From Minisyncoccia bacterium (GTDB lineage: Bacteria > Patescibacteriota > Minisyncoccia > Phycocordibacterales > UBA9973): a stretch of 64,000 nucleotides of DNA. The stretch is taken from assembly GCA_049287305.1 (NCBI GenBank), contig JBAQFO010000012.1, positions 7,113 to 71,112 of the forward strand. Direction: 5' to 3'. How positions within the stretch are numbered: position 1 is the stretch's first letter; each line of letters opens with the position of its first letter. Both the position numbers and the translations under genes were made by a program. The notes beneath the pieces were generated by a model that was not told the DNA's origin, did no database searches, and saw nothing but the letters and a program-made list of their open reading frames with translations. Shown one piece after another: positions 16,702-25,524 of this stretch.

Positions 16702-17490
16702 GTGAACGAACCCATAAATGAATTAAAAGTTTTGCTTTTAGAAATGGATTTTTCTGCGAAGGAGGCGGATGTGTATTTAGCAATTTTATCTCTGGGTCGA
16801 GGCACAGCATCGAAAATAGCTCGCGAGGCGCATATTCTTCGAACAACTGTCTATGAAATTTTAAGTTCTTTGTTTTCTAAAGGGTTGGTTACACTCTCAG
16901 GAAAAGAACCAAAACAAGAGTATGTTGCCGAGTCTCCGGACAATTTAAAAATTTATATTTCTAAACAGTTAGAGAAGAAACAAACAGATTTGAAACAAGC
17001 AGAGTCAATTTTAATTCCTCAGCTGAAGGCTAGGCACAATTTAGGCAACAGGCCGAAGGTGATGTTCTATGAAGGACGAGAAGGATTAGAAAAAGTTTAC
17101 GAAGATACACTTACCTCAAAAGAAACCATCAGAGTTTACGCGAACTTAGAACCGATGAATGCAGGGTTACCGGGATATTTCCCGGAATATTTCAAAAGAC
17201 GCACCAGACTTGGCATCGGCGTCCGAGCCATAGGGCCCAGAACAGAAGCTAATATTGAATTAGTTAAGAGAGATGCCGAAGAAAAACGTGAGACGGCTTT
17301 AGTGCCGAAAGATAAATATGACTTTTCTCCGGAAATAAATATTTATGACAACAAAGTAATGATAGCGTCATGGAAAGAAAAGCTCGGAATTATAATTGAG
17401 AGCCATGAAATAACTGATGCAATGAAAAAAGTTTTTGAACTGGCGTGGGCAGAGGCGAAAAGGTTGGATAAAGAAATAGAAAGTAATTAA
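16702..17490 (+). CDS. TrmB-family transcriptional regulator
   Basis: N-terminal wHTH ADVYLAILSLGRGTASKIAREAHILRTTVYEILSSLFSKGLV typical of TrmB-like regulators. Its stop overlaps the convergent Cys-rich gene. Confidence 0.75.
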   Translation: MNEPINELKVLLLEMDFSAKEADVYLAILSLGRGTASKIAREAHILRTTVYEILSSLFSKGLVTLSGKEPKQEYVAESPDNLKIYISKQLEKKQTDLKQAESILIPQLKARHNLGNRPKVMFYEGREGLEKVYEDTLTSKETIRVYANLEPMNAGLPGYFPEYFKRRTRLGIGVRAIGPRTEANIELVKRDAEEKRETALVPKDKYDFSPEINIYDNKVMIASWKEKLGIIIESHEITDAMKKVFELAWAEAKRLDKEIESN

Positions 17491-19178
17491 TAAACTTCCT
17501 GCTGATAGCAAGTTTCACAGTAAACTGTCTCCGGTCGGTCAGGGGAGCAAGAGGACATTATTTCTTTTTTACATTTAACGCAACTTCTTTGCCAAAGTTT
17601 CATAGGATTTCGCCTACTCAAACGTTCAAAATGTCGACAGTTCGGACATAAAATCGGCAGAGGAATTTTCATTTTTCTATAAAACTGTAATTCATTTGGA
17701 ATTATCTTAAAAGCCTGTGTACACTGATGGGTGCATTTTTGCTCATGATCGCAAGCTATAACTTCTTCGGTTATTGAATCTTTTACCATGGTTATGTTGT
17801 CGGGAACATCTTTGGTCTGAATAGTAACGTTGTAGGATCGAGCCTCATCATCTCCCCAAAAAAAGCCCATTTTTAAGGATTCCTCTTTGGTAATAGGGAA
17901 GTATTCCTGTGCCGTGCTCTCATTGTAAGGAATAGATGAAAGTTCACTAGGAAAAAATTCTCCGTATCCGTAAGAAAGCCCTCGCTGGTCTTTATATGGA
18001 TTTTTCAACATTCCATCTTTAATAATTTTCACGAGTTCATGAAATTTTTCCTTAGAGTATTTTTTATTGAGTATGCAATATTCTTTTGAGCGTAAACCTA
18101 CACATCCAAACAAAAATCCAGATGATTGGCAAAAAAGCCCGTATTCTATATCGTGCGAAGAATCGGTGTGAATTAAGAATTTACAATTATTTACCTCTTC
18201 TGGGCTTACGCCCTCATATACAAGTTCGCTGCCACCCATTCCAAAAACATCAGAAATATCCTTACTTGAAAAAACCCAAGAGCTATATCTTGCTTTCTCA
18301 AGATTGAATCCATCAAAAACATAGTAGCAATCTTTAGCATTTTCCAAATGATCCCCGACACAATTTACGCAATTTACTTGCTTGGTATTTCTTACTATTG
18401 AATTCTTTTTGATATTTTCGAATTTATCTAACAGATCGTTGCGAGTTTTTCTAGAGCCTAGGTCAAGCTCACCAATTTTTTCTTTATAACTTTCTGGAGA
18501 AAGTTTTTTACCAAAAAAATAATTACTTACAGAACGCAAATTGACTCCTCCGATAGAGTTCGTTATATTTCTGCTCGAAGCAAGGTAATGGCTGTCTACT
18601 ACAGCTTCTCCTTCCTCAATAAATGTACTTCCGTAGGACTTATCTACGTTTAAACATTCATAAAGATTTTCAGAATAATGCGAATAGGTTGAGTCGTAAG
18701 TGTTTTTTAAAGCTACAGCACGAGCTACATATGCCGAATCCTCACTATCTCTAAAACCATACGATAAGTAAGTATTTTTATTTGCGTAAGAAATATTTGT
18801 GTAATCAGAGTTAGTGCATTGCACTATCCATATGCCAAGTCTAGGAACTTTAACCAATAAATCTTTTATTTGCGCAAAGAAAGTTTTAGACTTGTCATAA
18901 TCTATGCCGTAAGCCATAGGGTCCCAAGCATCACTTGTATAGCAGGTATGGCAATATACAGGGAACGATACGTCACTTCGGTATACGGATATAAAATCTT
19001 TTTTACACAAATCACACTGACGTTTGTGCAGACTACGCTCGTTACGCCAGGAAAATCTTCTTTGTGCTCTACAGTCGGGGCAAAAAGTAGGGAATGGCAC
19101 GCTTATTTTCTTGTAGAAATTTAAGTCTTCACTCTTTAGCGTGAAGTCCTTTTTGCAGTTTTGGCAATTCTTTTCCAT
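17487..19178 (-). CDS. Cys-rich protein with N- and C-terminal double zinc-ribbon modules (paralog B)
   Basis: 563 aa with CxxC pairs at both ends (CQNCKKDF...FCPDCRAQRR...CDLCKKDF...YCHTCY and ...LCPNCRHFERL...CVKCKK...VYCETCYQQEVY). Paralogous to 20277..22049. Confidence 0.7.
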   Translation of the reverse strand: MEKNCQNCKKDFTLKSEDLNFYKKISVPFPTFCPDCRAQRRFSWRNERSLHKRQCDLCKKDFISVYRSDVSFPVYCHTCYTSDAWDPMAYGIDYDKSKTFFAQIKDLLVKVPRLGIWIVQCTNSDYTNISYANKNTYLSYGFRDSEDSAYVARAVALKNTYDSTYSHYSENLYECLNVDKSYGSTFIEEGEAVVDSHYLASSRNITNSIGGVNLRSVSNYFFGKKLSPESYKEKIGELDLGSRKTRNDLLDKFENIKKNSIVRNTKQVNCVNCVGDHLENAKDCYYVFDGFNLEKARYSSWVFSSKDISDVFGMGGSELVYEGVSPEEVNNCKFLIHTDSSHDIEYGLFCQSSGFLFGCVGLRSKEYCILNKKYSKEKFHELVKIIKDGMLKNPYKDQRGLSYGYGEFFPSELSSIPYNESTAQEYFPITKEESLKMGFFWGDDEARSYNVTIQTKDVPDNITMVKDSITEEVIACDHEQKCTHQCTQAFKIIPNELQFYRKMKIPLPILCPNCRHFERLSRRNPMKLWQRSCVKCKKEIMSSCSPDRPETVYCETCYQQEVY

Positions 19179-19182
19179 GTCT

Positions 19183-20310
19183 TTATTTATTACTGACTTT
19201 TTTCTCTTTGAAAAATTCTCGAGGGGACAGTTTATACACTTGTTCGTACTTTGTCCTACCAGTGTTTACGATAAGTATCTTTGCGTCTTTTGGGATTTCT
19301 TTTTTCATCTGTAAAAGTATTGCTAACCCCGCTATCCCAGAATATTCGCAGTCAATATTTTCGGACTTGGCTAGATTGTATGCTTGGTCTAAGTATTTTT
19401 CTTCTAAAAGGTAGACTCCTGATTTACTCCCACAAAAACCTGCGTAGCGATAAAACTGAATCCACTGTTCGTCAAAATGCACAAAAGGCAAATGAGGAGA
19501 GTAAAGCTTGTCAGCTTTAGAGCGAGGGTTGTTCGTAGTTGCTCCTATAAAGTTGCAATTTCTAAGTTTCTCAATATTTCCCTGGAAGCGGGGGTCTTGG
19601 ATAGCCGTGGAAACTTCTTTTTTATTAACGTTCAATATGTTTTCGTAAAGATTCCCGGTTCCGAAAGGAATGAAGCAGTAATCAGGAGAGTTGTTAATCG
19701 TTTCGTAGCTTAGCCAATCATAAAAGCGAGTAGCCGGATCTAGCGCTTCATTAGAAGTTATGTCAAAGCCAGAAGGATTGTTAGTTAGCGCTAGGATATC
19801 TCTGAACTGCAGTGGAGCTTTGCTTAAATTTGTCTCGTAAATTTCACAGCCAATAATTCTAATAGCTGTTAAAATATTTTGATCAATATTTGTATCTACA
19901 AGAACTTTTAAGTTAGGTAATCCGTATTTTTTAAGTTGTGTCTGGATAGCAAAGGCTGCAGAACCGGAAGAAATTATAGACATAGCAGGCAGCGGCCCTT
20001 TAATTTGTCCACGTTCTTTTGCCAACAAAAAATCGCGATAGGTAACGATTATTTCCCACGCCATTCTATCTTTATGAGTACCGGTAGGATTTTCACTTTC
20101 ATCTTTTAACCAGACGTTTGAAAATTCGGGAACTCTTATTTTAATAGTAGGAGTAGCTGGAAATTTTGGGTTGTCAGCAGGAAATTCAGGTTTTGCGGGG
20201 TTATTTTCCGAAGCTATGTGTATAGATTCCAATATTTTCTTCTCTTCTTTAGTTAAATATGCCATATACCCATATTCTAATAGACTTCTTGTTGATAGCA
20301 AGTTTCGCAA
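19183..20310 (-). CDS. PLP-dependent fold-type-II enzyme (threonine synthase/cysteine synthase-like)
   Basis: ENPTGTHKDRMAWE equals the xNPTGSFKDR PLP-lysine motif. 375 aa, with Gly-rich loops GTGNL and SGSAAFA. Confidence 0.7.
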   Translation of the reverse strand: MRNLLSTRSLLEYGYMAYLTKEEKKILESIHIASENNPAKPEFPADNPKFPATPTIKIRVPEFSNVWLKDESENPTGTHKDRMAWEIIVTYRDFLLAKERGQIKGPLPAMSIISSGSAAFAIQTQLKKYGLPNLKVLVDTNIDQNILTAIRIIGCEIYETNLSKAPLQFRDILALTNNPSGFDITSNEALDPATRFYDWLSYETINNSPDYCFIPFGTGNLYENILNVNKKEVSTAIQDPRFQGNIEKLRNCNFIGATTNNPRSKADKLYSPHLPFVHFDEQWIQFYRYAGFCGSKSGVYLLEEKYLDQAYNLAKSENIDCEYSGIAGLAILLQMKKEIPKDAKILIVNTGRTKYEQVYKLSPREFFKEKKVSNK

Positions 20311-22049
20311 TAAACAATCTCTTTGCGGTCGGGAGAGTAAGGGGTTTGAAACTCATTTTCGCATGCGGAATATTTATGAGGATGCTCCCTCGTGTTTTTA
20401 TAAATTTTATTTGAGGAATTTGCGCCATCGCATTGGCATTTTCGGCTATATAGTTTTGGTAAATTTCTTTTCTGAATTCTTTCGTAATATCGGCAGTTGT
20501 AGCACAAGCGAGGCAGGGGAATGTTCATTTTTTTGTAAAAATCGAGTTCATTTTGCGTTATTTTATATGCTTTGGTGCATTGATGAGTGCATTGGCCTTT
20601 ATGGCTACAGCCAATTATTTTTTCAGTGATAGAGATGTCTATTTCGCGGAGTGAGTCCGGTAAGTCACCGGAATTTATATCACTTTTATGGTCTTTGTAT
20701 ATTTTTTCCCGCCAAAAGTAACCCTTGGCGGTTGCTTCTTCTTGGGTAAGCGGGAAAAGTTCTTGGGAAACTGTTTCGTTATAGCCAAAAGGGGAAAGGT
20801 CGGTCGGGAAATAATCCCCATATTCATACACCCTTCCATTCTTGTCTTTATAGGGTAAGTCATCCATGAATTTTATCAATTTAGGCACAAGCTCCGCGTA
20901 TTCTTCTTTGGAATATTGCTTATTTAAAATGCAGTAATTTTTATCTCGAAGCCCCACACATCCGAAGAGGTTGGAGCAACCATGGCAATTATATGAATAA
21001 TAAATATCGTGGGAGTTAAATATGAATCTAGAGAAAAAGACCTTATTGCCAGGGTAAACCGTAGAAGTATTGTAGCAGTCTTCGGAATTGGTTCCGCAAT
21101 GGTCACAGTCGTAGGAATTATTGATTTCCGAATAAGCGAGCCAGATATTGCCATAATCTTTTGCGCCGCCGAAAATGCCAAAACAATTACTACAGTTTTT
21201 TGCATTTTCCATGTTGTCACCAGTGGAATTTGTTGATTTTATAATCCGCGCAAACTTGTGAGGGTAGTTTAAAATGAACTCCTCAAATTTCTTTTTGAAT
21301 TTTTCAACTTGAGAAAAAGAAGACAGGTCTAACCCTTTCAGTTTTTCCTCGTAGGTTTCTTTGTCTAGTTGTTCGTTGAAAAAACAGTACGAAGCATTCC
21401 GCAGGTTTACACATCCGAAGCAATTGCTGCAGTTTTTGCAGTTAAAAAGGAAAGCCGAATCCAGGCACGAGTCGCACTCCCTGCTGTATGTAAGGCGAGA
21501 GCAGGAAATACAGTCAGAGCTCTCATAGCTCAAGTCGCTTTTAGAAACCCAATGTAAGTCTACGCTATCTTTGGTGTTGAAAGTGAAAGCCGAATACATT
21601 ACGTTCTCGTTAAAATCTCCACCCACTACGAGGTAACAATTCTTGTTTCCTTCTGTAATGCTGCAGAAATCGCTATTTACCGGATTTATGTTCATGAGAG
21701 CCACATCCGGGACCTTCCTCCATAGCGTTTTCAGCTGTTCAAATAAGGGTTTACCGAAGTCTATGTCTTGTCCGTATTCCATTACGTCCCAAGAGTCTCC
21801 CCACCAAGTTTTGTGGTCATAAACTTTTTGATCCGAGTCGGGAGAAAATATAGAAAATATCTCTTTTTCCTGCCCCGGTGCGTCGGACTTTCGTTTGTAA
21901 AGAGTTCTTTCGTTCCGAAAGAGCATTCTTTCTTGCAGGCGACAATCAAAACACAATTTTGGGGTCGGAACTTTTATTTTTTCATAAAAAACAAGCTCTT
22001 CCTTTTCTACTTCAAAATTATTTTTACAATTTTGACAAACTTTCCGCAT
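20277..22049 (-). CDS. Cys-rich protein with N- and C-terminal double zinc-ribbon modules (paralog A)
   Basis: 590 aa with the same terminal modules as paralog B and an identical C-terminal VYCETCYQQEVY. Central heptad-like Cys/Ser/Asn repeats and the block FGCVGLRDKNYCILNKQYSKEEY. Confidence 0.7.
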   Translation of the reverse strand: MRKVCQNCKNNFEVEKEELVFYEKIKVPTPKLCFDCRLQERMLFRNERTLYKRKSDAPGQEKEIFSIFSPDSDQKVYDHKTWWGDSWDVMEYGQDIDFGKPLFEQLKTLWRKVPDVALMNINPVNSDFCSITEGNKNCYLVVGGDFNENVMYSAFTFNTKDSVDLHWVSKSDLSYESSDCISCSRLTYSRECDSCLDSAFLFNCKNCSNCFGCVNLRNASYCFFNEQLDKETYEEKLKGLDLSSFSQVEKFKKKFEEFILNYPHKFARIIKSTNSTGDNMENAKNCSNCFGIFGGAKDYGNIWLAYSEINNSYDCDHCGTNSEDCYNTSTVYPGNKVFFSRFIFNSHDIYYSYNCHGCSNLFGCVGLRDKNYCILNKQYSKEEYAELVPKLIKFMDDLPYKDKNGRVYEYGDYFPTDLSPFGYNETVSQELFPLTQEEATAKGYFWREKIYKDHKSDINSGDLPDSLREIDISITEKIIGCSHKGQCTHQCTKAYKITQNELDFYKKMNIPLPRLCYNCRYYERIQKRNLPKLYSRKCQCDGANSSNKIYKNTREHPHKYSACENEFQTPYSPDRKEIVYCETCYQQEVY

Positions 22050-22063
22050 GGATTTTTATGAGA

Positions 22064-22723
22064 TTAAAACTTCTTGAAAAATTTGTTGATGATATGCATG
22101 CTCATGTGAGAGAAATTGAAAAGCACGGCGGCGGTGAAAAGCCCCAAGGACAGATTTTTGTTTATAAAAGACAGGAGAATTGCCAGGAAGGCAAAAAATG
22201 CCGGAACAAAAATACGAATTGTGCCACGGTGGATTTCTTGACGGCTCACCTCAATATTTTTAATGTGTTCGGATTTGAAGATGTATCCTCTAATCCAGAA
22301 AAGGCAGAGACCAATGATTATGGTGTGGATGCCGAAAATAATTATTGCGAGCTGGTTGTTGTTGTATCTGCCCAGGAGGGAAGTAGAAAATGGAATGAGG
22401 GTGATGAAGAGAAAGAAAATAGCATTGATGTTCGTCAAATTTCTATCAATATTTTTTGCATAAACTGAAACAAAGAAATGATGCGCCCGCCAATAAGTGA
22501 AGAGGAGAGAAAAAGAAAGCAGATAGGACATGAAAGCAGGAAGCATGTATTTTATTGTGAAGTAAAGTTCGCGAGTGTTGTTGGGGCTTACCAGGTCCGG
22601 TGCTTTGATATCAAAAACAAGGATAGTCATGACGATGGCGAATATGCCGTCTGCGAGCTGTTCTAGTCTTGCTGGTTTCATGCTTAAAATATACCATATA
22701 TTTAAGTATGTTAAAATAAGCAA
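22064..22723 (-). CDS. DUF1211/TMEM175-like putative potassium channel membrane protein
   Basis: RLEQLADGIFAIVMTILVFDI matches the TMEM175-family signature helix. 6 TM segments. Confidence 0.7.
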   Translation of the reverse strand: MLILTYLNIWYILSMKPARLEQLADGIFAIVMTILVFDIKAPDLVSPNNTRELYFTIKYMLPAFMSYLLSFSLLFTYWRAHHFFVSVYAKNIDRNLTNINAIFFLFITLIPFSTSLLGRYNNNQLAIIIFGIHTIIIGLCLFWIRGYIFKSEHIKNIEVSRQEIHRGTIRIFVPAFFAFLAILLSFINKNLSLGLFTAAVLFNFSHMSMHIINKFFKKF

Positions 22724-23497
22724 ATGAAAATCGGGATTTTTGATTCGGGCTTAGGCGGACTTATTGTGGCGAAAGCCATCCGAAAATCTCTGCCGAAATA
22801 CGACTATGTATACTTAGGAGATACCAAGCGGGTGCCCTATGGCAATCGTTCACACGACACCGTGCTTCAATTTACCAGGGAATGTGTGAATTACCTATTT
22901 GAAAAAGAGGCTTGCGGAATTGTCATCCTGGCCTGCAATACGGCCTCGGCTCGAGCCTTAAGGGAACTACAAAAAGAGTTCAAAAACAGAAAAATTTTGG
23001 GAGTTTTAATTCCGGCGGCAGAAAAAGCGGCGCAATTCAATAACATCGGAATTTTGGCTACAGCAGGCACAGTTGCCTCCGGTTCTTTTCCGCGAGAAAT
23101 AAAAAAATTGAACAAGAAAGCAAAAGTTATTCAAGTTGCCGCGCCAATGCTAGTGCCGCTGGCGGAAGCGGGGGAGAGCAAAAATGCAGTTCCTTTTTTA
23201 AAGAAGTATTTAGCTCCGTTTAAAAATAAAAAATTTGAAACACTAGTGCTGGGCTGCACTCACTATCCTTTGTATAAAAAAGAAATCAAAAAACTTTTAC
23301 CCAGGGTAAAAATAATTTCTCAGGATGAAATAGTTCCGGTAAAGTTAAAAAATTATTTGGCTAGGCACGAAGAGATATCAAAAAAGCTCTCCACGAACAA
23401 AACAGCAAAAATTCTAGTCACGGACGAAACCCAAACGGTAGATGTCCTTGCTCGCAAATGGTTTAGGGGTGTGAAAACACGCTTAATTAAGTTGTAA
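22724..23497 (+). CDS. murI: Glutamate racemase
   Basis: IGIFDSGLGGL, ACNTASA and GCTHYP motifs. Confidence 0.9.
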   Translation: MKIGIFDSGLGGLIVAKAIRKSLPKYDYVYLGDTKRVPYGNRSHDTVLQFTRECVNYLFEKEACGIVILACNTASARALRELQKEFKNRKILGVLIPAAEKAAQFNNIGILATAGTVASGSFPREIKKLNKKAKVIQVAAPMLVPLAEAGESKNAVPFLKKYLAPFKNKKFETLVLGCTHYPLYKKEIKKLLPRVKIISQDEIVPVKLKNYLARHEEISKKLSTNKTAKILVTDETQTVDVLARKWFRGVKTRLIKL

Positions 23498-23653
23498 ATT
23501 GTCATTCTTGACTTGTTTTTATTAAAATGTTTATAATAGAAACATGGAAAGGAAGGCGCAAAATATGTATATGGCCAACACAAACCCAATAGTTCGGGGT
23601 TGGTTATTGCGTTGCATTTCTTAACTATCTTTAAAAAAATGAAACTCAAAAAA

Positions 23654-23680
23654 ACAGCCCTGAACAGGGCTGTTTTTCGT
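23654..23680 (+). terminator. Intrinsic terminator at the left border of a GC-rich island
   Basis: acagccct-gaac-agggctgt followed by TTTTT. Confidence 0.6.
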
Positions 23681-23729
23681 TCATTGACAACTGAAGAGAG
23701 AGTCTACCCCAAAAAGAAAGGACCTTACC

Positions 23730-24173
23730 ATGAGCAAAATTACCCTTCTGGAGAAGAAGGAAATTATTGCAGTCACGCCGCATGTTCGCTTCGTGGCTTC
23801 CGATTTCTTTCGTGGTTGGCAAGTTGGTTTGAATTTTGAGAATCTGTTCCTTGGTGTTGTTGAAGAAACAGGTGGACAGTCAGTCGAGATTGAATTGCAC
23901 GACCTTTCCGAGTGGTTGGTAAACGGTCCAATCATTGAGGAGTTGGGTGGGGCGTCAAAGACGGGTATCTCTCTGGCGACCTTCGCCGCAATCGCTGCGA
24001 CCGGATGCTCCTTCGTTGCCCACGTTCTTGACGAGGACAGCAAACCCTGGGCAGTTTTCTATCGCCAAGAAGGGGCGCAGCATGTCGCCGGAGCGGATTC
24101 CACCGACTACAAATATTGGTGGTATGGCGGCGGGCGGTTTGCTTCTCCGCATCTCACCCCGTGTATTCTCTGA
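23730..24173 (+). CDS. Hypothetical protein (GC-rich island gene 1)
   Basis: 147-aa ORF with a GC-rich codon profile and an upstream AAGAAAGGA ribosome-binding site. Confidence 0.5.
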   Translation: MSKITLLEKKEIIAVTPHVRFVASDFFRGWQVGLNFENLFLGVVEETGGQSVEIELHDLSEWLVNGPIIEELGGASKTGISLATFAAIAATGCSFVAHVLDEDSKPWAVFYRQEGAQHVAGADSTDYKYWWYGGGRFASPHLTPCIL

Positions 24174-24287
24174 CAATTGGTTTACTAAATAGAAACACAT
24201 GCGTGTAGTTTGTGTGTTCACCTGACTGAGTGTGGGTTTCCTGCACTTTCCATTAACTCCGGTAACGCCAAAAAAGGAGGTGAAAAC

Positions 24288-24497
24288 ATGAACCGCAACA
24301 ACGAAGAGACGTTCGAACTGGAGTGCCGACATCTCGTCCAATTGCTCCGGCAAGAAGAGGGGTTGTCTCTGCAAGATCTGCAGGATCAGGACAACCCTGT
24401 CGCGCTCGAGCTGGTGGAAGACTTCTGTGAAGAGGCTGGAATCTCTCGAGAGTGGTTCGAGGGGTTCGTGGGTCGGATGATTCTAGCGCTCAATTGA
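24288..24497 (+). CDS. Small acidic protein (GC-rich island gene 2), paralog of gene 3
   Basis: Start at the internal ATG, 5 nt after AAGGAGGTG. Product MNRNNEETFELECRHLVQLLRQ...DNPVALELVEDFCEEAGISREWFEGFV. Confidence 0.5.
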   Translation: MNRNNEETFELECRHLVQLLRQEEGLSLQDLQDQDNPVALELVEDFCEEAGISREWFEGFVGRMILALN

Positions 24498-24698
24498 GCG
24501 TACGGGAGAAGCACCGCTTCCGCCGACAACAATCGCACGCCCGCAGACGCGTAGTTTGCTGGGCATTGCAATTGGATATTGGTTTAACCAATATCTTCCA
24601 TCAACCTGGGTTCTGGCTCAGTTCAAACTGAGCTGCAGTGCGAGTCGCTCTAACAAAGCGACTCGCACTGCCCCAAAACTGCGTGAAAGGAGAAGCAG

Positions 24699-25106
24699 AT
24701 GCACAGCAATTCCACCCTCAACATCCTCAACGAGGAAGCCGCCGAGCGAGAGCTCCGAGGGCGACGGACCAGCAAGCAGTGCGAGTCGCTTGAGTGGCAA
24801 TGCCGGCTACTCGCCAACGTGCTCGCCGCCTGCTGCCTGACCATCAGCGAACTCGAGGATGACCCGACCTCAACCGACCGTGTCGCAGAAATTTTCTGCC
24901 ACGACACTGGTCTCGAGCGGGGAGACTTCGATCGTCTCGTTCAGGACGTGCGCGCCACGCTTGCCTCGGCGAGCCGGAAGCTGAGAGATACGTCTCTCAG
25001 GTTCCGCGGGAGTGGAGGTCGGCACCGAAACCTCGACGAGGTTGAGCGTCAGCCCGACCCCCTGGGACGTACTCGGGCTCAGTATGGCTGGTGGCCGAAA
25101 GACTGA
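24699..25106 (+). CDS. Hypothetical protein (GC-rich island gene 3), paralog of gene 2
   Basis: AAAGGAGAAG ribosome-binding site. The segment ...LEWQCRLLANVL...DDPTSTDRVAEIFCHDTGLERGDFDRLV aligns with gene 2. Confidence 0.5.
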   Translation: MHSNSTLNILNEEAAERELRGRRTSKQCESLEWQCRLLANVLAACCLTISELEDDPTSTDRVAEIFCHDTGLERGDFDRLVQDVRATLASASRKLRDTSLRFRGSGGRHRNLDEVERQPDPLGRTRAQYGWWPKD

Positions 25107-25181
25107 GCTGCAGCACGGGTCGTTGGATGACCAGCGATCCGTGCTGCCCCACTACCACTTCAAATGTAAGGGGCACAAGAC

Positions 25182-25448
25182 ATGACACGCAAAGTAGAAA
25201 ACGACAGCGATGCAGAAAGTCTCCACAAGAGGCTCCAGCAGATCAATGGGGTGCGTAAGCAGCACGGAGAAAACGACAAAACCATCGCTGCGCTGACAGA
25301 ATCTCTCTCGCATGACGGTTTCTCGGACGAGGGAGAAGCTTGGAATACACTGGTAGAGTACTATCAAACTCACCGTCGCGTTGAAAAGATTTACGTGGCA
25401 GATCGACCTCTGTTTCCAGACGGCAGAAAGTCGTGGTATCCGCTGTAG
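25182..25448 (+). CDS. Hypothetical protein (GC-rich island gene 4)
   Basis: 88-aa ORF with an upstream AAGGGG ribosome-binding site. Confidence 0.45.
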   Translation: MTRKVENDSDAESLHKRLQQINGVRKQHGENDKTIAALTESLSHDGFSDEGEAWNTLVEYYQTHRRVEKIYVADRPLFPDGRKSWYPL

Positions 25449-25470
25449 AACTACTCAACAATCATCGAAA

Positions 25471-25519
25471 TGACCGTGCGCAAGGTGTACACACCTACGC
25501 ACGGTCATTCTCTTTTTTG
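25471..25519. terminator. Intrinsic terminator at the right border of the GC-rich island (possibly bidirectional with xth)
   Basis: 10-bp stem tgaccgtgcg/cgcacggtca followed by TTCTCTTTTTTG. Confidence 0.65.
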
Positions 25520-25524
25520 TGAAA

